Positions 26,110 to 34,134 of a stretch of DNA of 58,049 bases are shown here, piece by piece. The DNA comes from a virus: IMG/VR virus record IMGVR_UViG_3300045988_088962; one strand, written 5' to 3'. The notes below the pieces were generated by a model that had not been told where the DNA came from, searched no databases, and saw only the letters and a program-made list of their open reading frames with translations. Every line of letters starts with the position of its first letter. The stretch's first letter is position 1. Position numbers and translations under genes: made by a program.

Positions 26110-26373
26110 ATGACGTTGTTTGAAGAAAAGGTGAACGAATACCGAGAAAACAAGCGGCTTTTAGAAGAGCTTGAAGCAATGAACGAAAGCATTAAAGCAG
26201 ATATTATCTGCATGATGCAAGGTGCGCCGGAAATGGCGCAGGGTACGGCAAAAGCCATTTACAAAGATGTGCAGAGTGTCCGGCTAGATAGCAAGCTACT
26301 CAAGACGCTGCACCCGGATGTGTATGCAGAGTGTAGCAGCAAGACCACCTACAAGCGTTTTAGTGTGGTATAA
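26110..26373 (+). CDS. Hypothetical protein.
   Basis: 87 aa with an AAGGAGG RBS. Confidence 0.65.
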   Translation: MTLFEEKVNEYRENKRLLEELEAMNESIKADIICMMQGAPEMAQGTAKAIYKDVQSVRLDSKLLKTLHPDVYAECSSKTTYKRFSVV

Positions 26374-26386
26374 GGGGGCGCAAATT

Positions 26387-26605
26387 ATGTTATATTATCG
26401 TGTTCCGGCAGGGCTTGACGGGCGGGCGGTTGTGTCCGCTGGCGCATATTGCGGCAAGGTCAAGCGGTATTTAATCGGCGGCGAACTGTACACGGCCAAA
26501 GAGTGCGCCCGTTATGGTATCAGCACGGAAGGGCTTGACCTTGTTACAATCTCACAGCGTCGCACCTTTACCAATTTTGGCGTTAGACTGGAGGTGCACG
26601 CATGA
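26387..26605 (+). CDS. Hypothetical protein.
   Basis: 72 aa from the ATG at 26387 (AAGGGGG upstream). Confidence 0.55.
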   Translation: MLYYRVPAGLDGRAVVSAGAYCGKVKRYLIGGELYTAKECARYGISTEGLDLVTISQRRTFTNFGVRLEVHA

Positions 26606-26678
26606 TGCTATCTTGCATCCTGTTCATCTTTTGGTTTTTCTCAGCGCTGTTTAAGGCGTCCAAATAAGAAGCATTCCA

Positions 26679-26744
26679 CCCGGTCAGAAATGGCCGGGCT
26701 TTTCTTTTGCCTTGCACCTGCTGAGGGTGCAGGGCTTTTATTTT
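26679..26744 (+). terminator. Tandem rho-independent terminators.
   Basis: CCCGG..CCGGG followed by CTTTTCTTTT, then CCTTGCACC-tgctgag-GGTGCAGGG followed by CTTTTATTTT. Confidence 0.7.
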
Positions 26745-27360
26745 GCCCGGCGGCGTATCAGCCACACGCAAGCGTTTACAGTGGCTTTTCTGTCGTCCGT
26801 GCAATTATACTGTCACAGAGCCAAAACCGTTTACAAGGCTTTACAGCGGCGTTTCCGTTGATTTTACCCATTTCAGCGCGCACAATACAGCAGTCACACA
26901 AGCCGCCTATACGCCAACTACGCCACGCTGGAAAGCATACCGTCAAGCGCTACACCTCCGCCAATACCAGATACCACCGCCACGCCGGACGCTGTACAGA
27001 CCAGCACAGACAGCCTATTATAATAATGTATATAAGGGCGCACCGCTGCCCCCCTGTTATGGATTCATGCCAGACAGTGCAGCATATCACAGACCATGCC
27101 AGCCCGGTGGGGTCAGCTCCTACTGTGTGTGGATCGATGGCAAGTGCTGCACCCGGCGCACCTGCTGAGGGGTGCAGCGTCTCCACCTGTACAGGGTCAG
27201 CCCGGCGGCTTGCAGTCTGGCACCGGGTCAGCAGTCAGGGCGCACCCTGCACCCGGCGGGGCGGTCCAGCAGCAGAAGCGCGGCGGGCGGGCGGAACTAC
27301 TGGCGGCTTGCCGCCACTTCTCTTTTCGGGCTTTCGCCCGATAGCCAATAGAGGTCAGAA

Positions 27361-28261
27361 ATAGTCGCAGCGTTCCGGCTGGAATAGTCGTAACAGCTTC
27401 TGGAATAGTCGTAGTTTCTCCCGGCGGATAGTCGTGGGATAGTCGTAAAGTCGTCAGATGACTAGCTTTTGAAAGTCCTATATATCGTATAGTAACAAGC
27501 AGTCCGCTGATAGTCGTAGATCAATAGTCGTAGCGTTTTCTTGCGAATTGCCGTCAAATAGTCGTGTAATTTTTGTGTGAAATAGTCGTTTGCCTTTTAG
27601 GAAAAGAGAGGCGCGATAGTCGATAAGCCATCCGACCACCCCCAAAATCAATATATGTCAAGACACCTGTCAATTTTATTCTCATCTAGCCATACCAAAT
27701 TCGTATGCCAACAGTACTTATTATAATATACGCTTATATATCCTAGTAACTATCTAGGGATTATTCTGCTGAAATAGTCGTATCATCCGATTCGGTTTGT
27801 TCCTGCTCGATTTAATTCCCAGTAACACGCTATGGTATATCGTTCAATCCATAGCATTCTGCTAGGAATAGTATATGCAACATTTGTACATATCAAACCG
27901 ACTACAAAATGAAGTCAATTCTCCATGCGAAATAGTCGTAGACTGTCCACCAGTCCGAACCTCACGCTAGTTCTTTCCTATGGTATGCTCTACTGGCTAA
28001 CGGTCTGGCTTTTGGAGATAGAGGGTTGTAGGGAGAAAGAACCTTTGCAAAACATCCGATTGTCGTTTCCGGTTGTCGCAGTTGTCGCACCATTTTTGCG
28101 TGGGGGCCTCAAACAATTTATTTGTTTGAGGGGGAAGTTAAGGGGATTATAGGAGGTAATAGGGGTTATAGGGGAAAGAGGGGGAAGAAAGGGGGGAAGA
28201 TTGGATGCAAACGCATACAAGTGCATTCATTTGCATTCAAACGCATCTTTCCGATAGTCGC
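27361..28261 (+). repeat. Iteron field, the candidate phage origin of replication: at least 13 same-orientation copies of ATAGTCG(T/C).
   Basis: Copies start at 27361, 27384, 27405, 27428, 27439, 27510, 27524, 27558, 27582, 27616, 27774, 27932 and 28254. An AT-rich block lies at about 27640-27760. The field is adjacent to the replication genes. Confidence 0.7.
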
Positions 28262-28449
28262 AGTCATTCTTTGCTTCCGTCTCACTTTGCCATGCGATTA
28301 GACGATTCTTTCTCAAATTCAGACCTTGCCGTTTTCTCCTGATAAATAACAAGAGAAAAAAGCACGGATTAGTCGCAGAGGGTAGTTTTACCACCTGACA
28401 CCATTCCATGCTTTCTGATACAGTAGTTTTGTAGCCGCGCGAGCTAAGA

Positions 28450-28752
28450 TTAGATATTCTTGGCTTCTCTTGCCTTACGCAAACGCTCTGCCAGTGCTTC
28501 ACGCTGCTCTTCGCTGATCTCACGAGTGACAGGCGGTCGGAACTTCACAAGACGTTTCGGCATCGAATAGGTCTTAGATTCCTTGCACCGCTTGGCAGAC
28601 AGCTCCGCCATAAACTTGTATGTATCGGGGAACTGCTCACAGAGCTTGTCCAGCTTGCGAATGTAAACCGGGTCTGCCGTGTAGATTTCTGCGGTATCTT
28701 CCGCTGCGTTGAAGTTGATGATAGTCTCACGTTCGATGTTTGTAAGCGCCAT
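28450..28752 (-). CDS. Hypothetical protein, the last gene of the early operon.
   Basis: 100 aa with a GGAGAA RBS. Confidence 0.6.
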   Translation of the reverse strand: MALTNIERETIINFNAAEDTAEIYTADPVYIRKLDKLCEQFPDTYKFMAELSAKRCKESKTYSMPKRLVKFRPPVTREISEEQREALAERLRKAREAKNI

Positions 28753-28882
28753 AGCTGTTTTTCTCCTGTATTTTGTGTAGCGAAAAATATTTATTGGGTT
28801 CAGACGATAACTTTATCGCCCTGACCCTGTTATCTGTTTTTCTTGCCTATTCTACTGTAATAATTGGAGCGCAGAAGCGATG

Positions 28883-30106
28883 TTACATCCACACACATTC
28901 TTTGAACTGCTGTGTCTCCATCTGAAACGTGATGTCCAGTGAGCCTACGTTGCCCTCTTTGTTCTTCTCAAGCGCAAAGTGATAATGCTCTTCTGGTCTC
29001 TTTTGCGTTTTCACTTTCTGTGCCAGCAAGATGATCGCATCTGCGTCCTGCTCGATCTGTCCGCTCTCTCGTAGGTCTGCGGCGGTCGGTGGGATGCCCG
29101 CTCTTGCGGTCTCTCGATTGAGCTGCGCCAGTGCCACCACCAGCGTTCCCGTGGACTGTGCGAACTCATGCAGTGCTATGCTGATTTCCGTGACGGCACT
29201 GTATCGGTCTTTCGCTCCGGCTTGATGGATAAGCTGCAAATAGTCGATGAACACCACTTTTGCCTGCATCCTGATGGACTGCGTTCTAATCCACCCAACG
29301 CTCTTACCAGCAGCAGAACGGACGAATAGCGGATATTTCTTGATAGCTGCCAGTCGGTCAAGCTCGTTAATGCTGACTGTTTTGTTTTTGACTGTGTGCA
29401 GCGGTACGCCTAGCTGGTTTGCGATGATACGAGCGTAGAGCGTGTCTGGGTCAGTCTCTAGGCTGAAATACGCCACCTTGCGTCCGCTCTTGGCTATTTC
29501 ACAGGCAAGTTGCAGTGACAGAGCGGTCTTACCAGCAGACGGTCTGCCGCCGATCACAACGAAGTTGCCCGGCACAAGATGCAAGTTGTTATCCAGCACT
29601 CTGAGCCCTGTGCTGATATACTCCGGCTTATCATCCAGCTTGCGGATGTAATTGTCTATACCATCGCACATCGGGATGAAATCGCTTCTCTCGCTGTGCA
29701 GGTTGATAGCTTCGCCTAGCTGCTCATAGATGCCCGTCAAGTCTGCGTATCGGGTCGAGCCATCAACGATTTTGAAAGCAAGCCCTCTGGCTCTGGTCAA
29801 TGCTGCCTGTTCCTTGACGATTCTAGCCCAGCCCTGCATCATGTCATGGGTGACGTTGCGGATGAACTCTGCACCAAAGGCATCTAGGCATTCGCCCATA
29901 GCTTTCTTGCAGTTATCGTACCGGCCCATGACTTCTACCGGGTTCCACTTGTCATTGTGTTCCCAATAGCCAAGAATGGCAGCGAATGTATCACGCAGTT
30001 CTGGGCAAAAATCGTCGATTTTAAGGTCTTGTAGCACATCGGCGTATTCCGAGAACGTGAGGACTGCTCCCAGCAGGATGTATTGAATCTGATTTTCAAT
30101 ATTCAC
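28883..30106 (-). CDS. dnaB: Replicative DNA helicase (DnaB-like).
   Basis: It has Walker A GGRPSAGKTA and a DnaB-type N-domain. The GTG start overlaps the upstream stop (GTGA). Confidence 0.85.
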   Translation of the reverse strand: MNIENQIQYILLGAVLTFSEYADVLQDLKIDDFCPELRDTFAAILGYWEHNDKWNPVEVMGRYDNCKKAMGECLDAFGAEFIRNVTHDMMQGWARIVKEQAALTRARGLAFKIVDGSTRYADLTGIYEQLGEAINLHSERSDFIPMCDGIDNYIRKLDDKPEYISTGLRVLDNNLHLVPGNFVVIGGRPSAGKTALSLQLACEIAKSGRKVAYFSLETDPDTLYARIIANQLGVPLHTVKNKTVSINELDRLAAIKKYPLFVRSAAGKSVGWIRTQSIRMQAKVVFIDYLQLIHQAGAKDRYSAVTEISIALHEFAQSTGTLVVALAQLNRETARAGIPPTAADLRESGQIEQDADAIILLAQKVKTQKRPEEHYHFALEKNKEGNVGSLDITFQMETQQFKECVWM

Positions 30107-30783
30107 CGCAGAAAGTCTCCCTCGTCAGGCAATTCAGCCATTGTCTGCTGATAGCCACCGTTCCAGTCCTTTACGTTACGCATCCAGTTTCGTGCAGCGG
30201 CTTTCCAGTCCTTCATAGGCGATTTGCCGACCTTCCAACCATTTGCCGTGAAATGGTCAACAAACCGCTCTGCTTCCGATTCTATGTAGCCCTTCTCGGA
30301 AAAGTATTCTCTTGCTTGCTCGGCAGTCGGTGCTTTGAAGCGTTTGACTTCGTTGGTATTTTTCTTTTCACATTTTTCTTTTTTATCAGATTCAGATACA
30401 GAATCAGATACAGATAAGCTACCATTCGTATCAGTTGGTATGTTTGGTATACTATTTATACCATTCGTATCCTGCGATACCATTGGTATGCTTTCGTATT
30501 TTTTATCATTCCAACGCTTGTTTATATTTTTCTTGTTTGCTTCTCGTCTACGCTTATCACGTTCTTCCATTTTCTGCACGTTCATATCATCAAACGCCTT
30601 AACAACTTTCCAAAGCATCCGCATAGCACGGTCGTTGTCGTATGCTGGCTCAAGTCTGGTCTCAACGTATTGTGCATAGTTGCGGACGAACGCTCCAAAT
30701 TCCTCGTCCGTCAATTCGTCCATAGCATGGACGTGTTCCAACAGAAGAATCATTGATGTTCTCGGCTTGTGTTGCTGATCCAT
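30103..30783 (-). CDS. Replication protein (replisome organizer / DnaD-like, candidate iteron binder).
   Basis: It is directly coupled to dnaB. The C-terminus reads EYFSEKGY...FVDHFTANGWKVGKSPMKDWKAAARNW. The ATG at 30783 lies 2 nt after the upstream stop. Confidence 0.55.
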   Translation of the reverse strand: MDQQHKPRTSMILLLEHVHAMDELTDEEFGAFVRNYAQYVETRLEPAYDNDRAMRMLWKVVKAFDDMNVQKMEERDKRRREANKKNINKRWNDKKYESIPMVSQDTNGINSIPNIPTDTNGSLSVSDSVSESDKKEKCEKKNTNEVKRFKAPTAEQAREYFSEKGYIESEAERFVDHFTANGWKVGKSPMKDWKAAARNWMRNVKDWNGGYQQTMAELPDEGDFLR

Positions 30784-30785
30784 AT

Positions 30786-31076
30786 TCAGTCCTCTTTGTA
30801 GCGTTTGTTCCATGCTTCGACAGCATCCTCTGCCGTGTCAAACAGTGCGCCACCCATGCTTTGATTGTCTCCATCCGTGCAAAGGATACATTTGCCCCAT
30901 CCTTCGTGATGCAAGTCATAAGAAAGCCCGCTCCACGGGTCTTGTTCGTACTCGCATCCCAAACGACCATGAAAGTTGCCTTCATCATCGCACACGCCAA
31001 TGTAAACTGCGTTCTTGCCGCAGAACGGGCATCTCTTGAGTTCTTCCATTTTTTTACCCTTTTCGTCCATGCTCAT
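30786..31076 (-). CDS. lar: Lar-like restriction alleviation protein.
   Basis: The pattern LKRCPFCGKNAV...C..C...DAVEAWNKR matches the Lar family signature. Confidence 0.6.
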   Translation of the reverse strand: MSMDEKGKKMEELKRCPFCGKNAVYIGVCDDEGNFHGRLGCEYEQDPWSGLSYDLHHEGWGKCILCTDGDNQSMGGALFDTAEDAVEAWNKRYKED

Positions 31077-31273
31077 GTCCTTTTGCTCCTTCTCTTGATT
31101 TTCTCACCCGGAATCATGTAGTAGACGTTCGTACACATGCTCCAACGCCAGTCCATCATCTTGCTGTAATCATCTCGATTACTTGGTGCAGAACGGAAGA
31201 ACCGGCTCAGTATAGTGAAATTGTTTCTGCGCCTGTAAATCTGTTTCAGGTGCTTCTTTGACAAGTTTTTCAC
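31073..31273 (-). CDS. Small basic hypothetical protein.
   Basis: 66 aa. The GTG start overlaps the upstream stop (GTGA) and GAGGGA lies upstream. Confidence 0.45.
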   Translation of the reverse strand: MKNLSKKHLKQIYRRRNNFTILSRFFRSAPSNRDDYSKMMDWRWSMCTNVYYMIPGEKIKRRSKRT

Positions 31274-31446
31274 TTTCTAAATCCCTCTCTTGTTCTCGTG
31301 ATTCGCTTATGCGCCTTGACAGGTTTTGTGCCTTTGCCGTATGCTGGGCGGATATGCTTCGCCTTAATGTACCCGCAAGGCGGCTTCGGCCCGAAGTCAA
31401 AAAGGCTCAAGTTCATAATGATGATGCCAAACTTCTTGTTCGTCAT
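31270..31446 (-). CDS. Small hypothetical protein (58 aa).
   Basis: TAGGAGGG RBS before the ATG at 31446. Confidence 0.5.
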   Translation of the reverse strand: MTNKKFGIIIMNLSLFDFGPKPPCGYIKAKHIRPAYGKGTKPVKAHKRITRTREGFRK

Positions 31447-31457
31447 GTTTAGCCCTC

Positions 31458-31691
31458 CTATACCATCGGGAACGCCATCCAGTGCGTCACAGTCACACCT
31501 TCCGGCAGTCTCTCGCCTATCTCGTCCCAGAACTGACCGTCCGCGTAGCATCCGAGAAAGTACGCTGTCGGCGAGATTCCTTGCAACATTTTTCCATCTT
31601 TATCGCGCCACGTTTTCTTAGTTGCAAGCACCAAAGGTGTCGTTCGCTCTCGTGGCTGTTCGCTTGCTGGATGCCAGACCATGTTATTCAC
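31458..31691 (-). CDS. DUF551-like protein.
   Basis: The C-terminus reads VTVTHWMAFP. The GTG start has GGGAGGG upstream. Confidence 0.5.
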   Translation of the reverse strand: MNNMVWHPASEQPRERTTPLVLATKKTWRDKDGKMLQGISPTAYFLGCYADGQFWDEIGERLPEGVTVTHWMAFPMV

Positions 31692-32057
31692 TTAATCGCC
31701 CTCCCATACACCGTCAGGCCGCATCTTTGCAAACGCCAGCAGTCCGTACAGCGCACGTTTTGCATTGCCTTCTGTTGCGTTCCAGTAGTCGCTATCGTCT
31801 ACATCGTCACCTAGTGCGAAGATGGCCTTTTCAAGCATCGGAATGCTCTCTGCGCCTGTTTTGCCATAGATGGAGCGGATGCCGTTCTCACCAAACACTT
31901 CCGGTTGATAATAAAAGTGACTATAATTATAGGTGACGTTGATCCACAGTTCTTTCGTTCCGCCCATAGCGCGCATACCACCAGCGATAAAATGCGTACT
32001 ATCCGCTTTGAGCGGTTTGTGCGTTACTGGGTCGCACAGTGAAATATCATAGCTCAT
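31692..32057 (-). CDS. Hypothetical protein.
   Basis: 121 aa with an AAAGGAGAAAGCC RBS. Confidence 0.6.
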   Translation of the reverse strand: MSYDISLCDPVTHKPLKADSTHFIAGGMRAMGGTKELWINVTYNYSHFYYQPEVFGENGIRSIYGKTGAESIPMLEKAIFALGDDVDDSDYWNATEGNAKRALYGLLAFAKMRPDGVWEGD

Positions 32058-32527
32058 GGCTTTCTCCTTTCGATTTCTGCGCAAACAGCATCGTAAAATT
32101 TATCCCATTCTTCGTGGTCGAAACTTTTGTCAAACAAAAAGTACACGCTCTTTCTATCATCAATATCTTTTTTGATATATTCGAGCATATCATCAGGCAG
32201 ATTTGGCAAAAGTGGCGTAATATAGTCGCAAACATATTTTGTTCTGCTTGTCGGTCTGCACAGGCAATAACATACCGCACATTCGCAAATATCGCCAAAT
32301 CCATCATCTTGTAGATTTACTAAATACTTAGGAACGTCAGGCATTATATCGGAAACGCTACATTGCAAAGCGTTGGCGATAATTTCATATTCATCATCTC
32401 GCAGATTTCTAACATCAAGTTCAACTTCAGTCATAAATCTTACTGGAACGCCAATTTCTTTGGCAAAATCCCTGCGAGTAATACTTAATTTTCTTCTGCG
32501 CTTTCTAATCTTCTCCCCTGCTGTCAT
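32054..32527 (-). CDS. HTH XRE-family protein with a Cys-rich C-domain.
   Basis: The stretch EKIRKRRRKLSITRRDFAKEIGVPVRFMTEVE is XRE-like. The gene is AT-rich. Confidence 0.6.
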   Translation of the reverse strand: MTAGEKIRKRRRKLSITRRDFAKEIGVPVRFMTEVELDVRNLRDDEYEIIANALQCSVSDIMPDVPKYLVNLQDDGFGDICECAVCYCLCRPTSRTKYVCDYITPLLPNLPDDMLEYIKKDIDDRKSVYFLFDKSFDHEEWDKFYDAVCAEIERRKP

Positions 32528-32720
32528 ACTCGTCCAGTTCCTTTCTGATTTGCTGGCGTTCAATCTGCTTCAATCTTGCTTTTGCCAGCTTGCGATTGTC
32601 AGCCTTTCGGATAGCCCAGTTATTGCGGTGGTTTGCCCAGCAAGCGTATCTGTGGCTAAATTCGCTTTGGTCGTACCGGCCCTTGCCAATAAGCCCTTTA
32701 TAGGTCTGCTGACGTTTCAT
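32505..32720 (-). CDS. Small basic hypothetical protein.
   Basis: 71 aa with a GGGAG RBS. Confidence 0.45.
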   Translation of the reverse strand: MKRQQTYKGLIGKGRYDQSEFSHRYACWANHRNNWAIRKADNRKLAKARLKQIERQQIRKELDEYDSRGED

Positions 32721-32949
32721 CTTTTTTCTCCCATTCCTTGCATCCACGTTCATCCCACACGAAGTCTGCAACGTGTTCTGACTGATCGTTCACACACACG
32801 CCCTCCGGCTCTGCGTACCATTTGCAAGAGCCACAGGACGGCTCGGATTTGTTCTTACAGGATTCTGCCGTATAGCGGATAGCCTTGCCAGCAGAGAACT
32901 GCTCGATGCCCATGCAAGAGCAATGTTCGGTGGTGCAATAAAAACTCAT
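32698..32949 (-). CDS. Cys-rich hypothetical protein.
   Basis: 83 aa with many Cys pairs and a GGGAGA RBS. Confidence 0.5.
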   Translation of the reverse strand: MSFYCTTEHCSCMGIEQFSAGKAIRYTAESCKNKSEPSCGSCKWYAEPEGVCVNDQSEHVADFVWDERGCKEWEKKDETSADL

Positions 32950-33152
32950 TTTTTATCTCCCATGAATTTTTGCATCAGCTTTCCGTATTCTTCACGGCAT
33001 TCAGGACACAGTTCTCCAACGCTAAAAAAGCTTCCCAAACCAGTTTCCCAACCTTGTAACGCTTTCCAATCGAACTCGCCATCGTTATACCGTTCTGCGA
33101 ACGTTTGTTTTCCGCATCTGTTGCAAACAAACATCATGCCGTTAATTCTCAT
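32946..33152 (-). CDS. Zinc-ribbon protein (paralog A).
   Basis: CNRCG...W...LCPECREEY, with an AAGGAGG RBS. Confidence 0.6.
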   Translation of the reverse strand: MRINGMMFVCNRCGKQTFAERYNDGEFDWKALQGWETGLGSFFSVGELCPECREEYGKLMQKFMGDKK

Positions 33153-33349
33153 TTTTTCCTCCTTCTGTTGGCATTGAACCGCCCGATCACTCGCTTATAC
33201 TCCTCATAGCACTCCGGGCACAGGTCGCCGGTGTCCCTGCGCCATGCCCAGCCCTTGAAGTATTCGTCAGGGTTCATCATCCTGCCGCCAAGAACTGCTC
33301 CGCAGCGGTCGCATACTCGCTTGTGGTAGATTCCTCTGTCAGTCTGCAT
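33149..33349 (-). CDS. Zinc-ribbon protein (paralog B).
   Basis: CDRCG...W...LCPECYEEY, with a GGGGAGG RBS. It lies in tandem with paralog A. Confidence 0.6.
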   Translation of the reverse strand: MQTDRGIYHKRVCDRCGAVLGGRMMNPDEYFKGWAWRRDTGDLCPECYEEYKRVIGRFNANRRRKK

Positions 33350-34134
33350 TAGTCATCCTCCCCAACGTTCTTGAACAAGACTTCTTTGTCATCTTTCCAG
33401 TCTTTGATTTTGCACGGAATGTCCGTGCCTGGCACGGTCTTTTTTAGCCCATCCATCTGCCAGATGTTCCATGAGATGATAGCAGCCATGTTGCGAACCT
33501 TCCCAGCGTCAGGCTCTATGCCGAACAGCCACTTAAAGTTCTCTCGCCATGTCAGGAGCATATTTGCTCTTGCAAGCAACAGGCTGTCACCCTGCCACTC
33601 ATAGCCGTATGTAGTCGTCGCTGCGTCCTCTGCCACATCGTGCCATGTCCAGACATTCCAATCAAACCAGTTGTTTACACATTTCAGTTTGCGGTCAAAC
33701 AGTCCTTTCCGTTTTGGTACTGGAATCTTTTTGCCTGTTACCGTGTCGTATCGGTTCACAAGGAATGGTGCTTCTCCGCAGGTGATTTCAAGGACTGTCG
33801 AATGGATGTACTTGATAGGCTCTTTCTTCATATCGGGCATCGCACCGTTTTCTTCGCCCATGTCTATCATCTTTTCGCAGACCCAAGAAGGAGTGAAAAC
33901 CTCTGCTTTTGCTTTGGTTCTCTTCTTCTGCTCATCCAGACGCTTGAGAACTCGTGGCACTGGCGGGAATTTCTTGATTTGTTCTAACGTGATTTCATCT
34001 GCAAAGCCAACGCCAAGCTCAGGCGGCGGGTCTGTCGCCCAGATGATGTTTTTGCCGGTCGTACGGTCTTTCAGCAAAATAAACAGCGCCGCTGACAGAA
34101 TCGGGTCGGAGAAGTCAACCAACCGTTGTTTCAT
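33349..34134 (-). CDS. Methyltransferase-like protein. N6-MTase N-terminal motifs are present, but I saw no NPPY/DPPY catalytic motif.
   Basis: AEVFTPSWV and VLEITCGEAPFLV resemble gamma-class motifs X and I. No motif IV was found. Confidence 0.4.
   Translation of the reverse strand: MKQRLVDFSDPILSAALFILLKDRTTGKNIIWATDPPPELGVGFADEITLEQIKKFPPVPRVLKRLDEQKKRTKAKAEVFTPSWVCEKMIDMGEENGAMPDMKKEPIKYIHSTVLEITCGEAPFLVNRYDTVTGKKIPVPKRKGLFDRKLKCVNNWFDWNVWTWHDVAEDAATTTYGYEWQGDSLLLARANMLLTWRENFKWLFGIEPDAGKVRNMAAIISWNIWQMDGLKKTVPGTDIPCKIKDWKDDKEVLFKNVGEDD

Noticed and set aside
25160-26179. A 339-aa minus-strand ORF covering the 25415-26107 region.
   Set aside because: It has no RBS and an Ala/Gly/Arg/Leu/Val-heavy shadow-frame composition. 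The plus-strand ORFs opposite it have strong RBSs, a consensus promoter and operon spacing.
26690-27364. ORFs of 224, 141 and 82 aa in the GC-rich block.
   Set aside because: They have Pro/Ala/Arg/Gly-rich low-complexity translations and no RBS. They overlap one another in all frames, which is consistent with GC-rich non-coding DNA next to the origin.
27361-28261. A possible CRISPR array, given the many short direct repeats.
   Set aside because: The repeat core is only 8-9 bp, the spacings are irregular (11-322 bp), and there are no cas genes. The pattern fits replication iterons.
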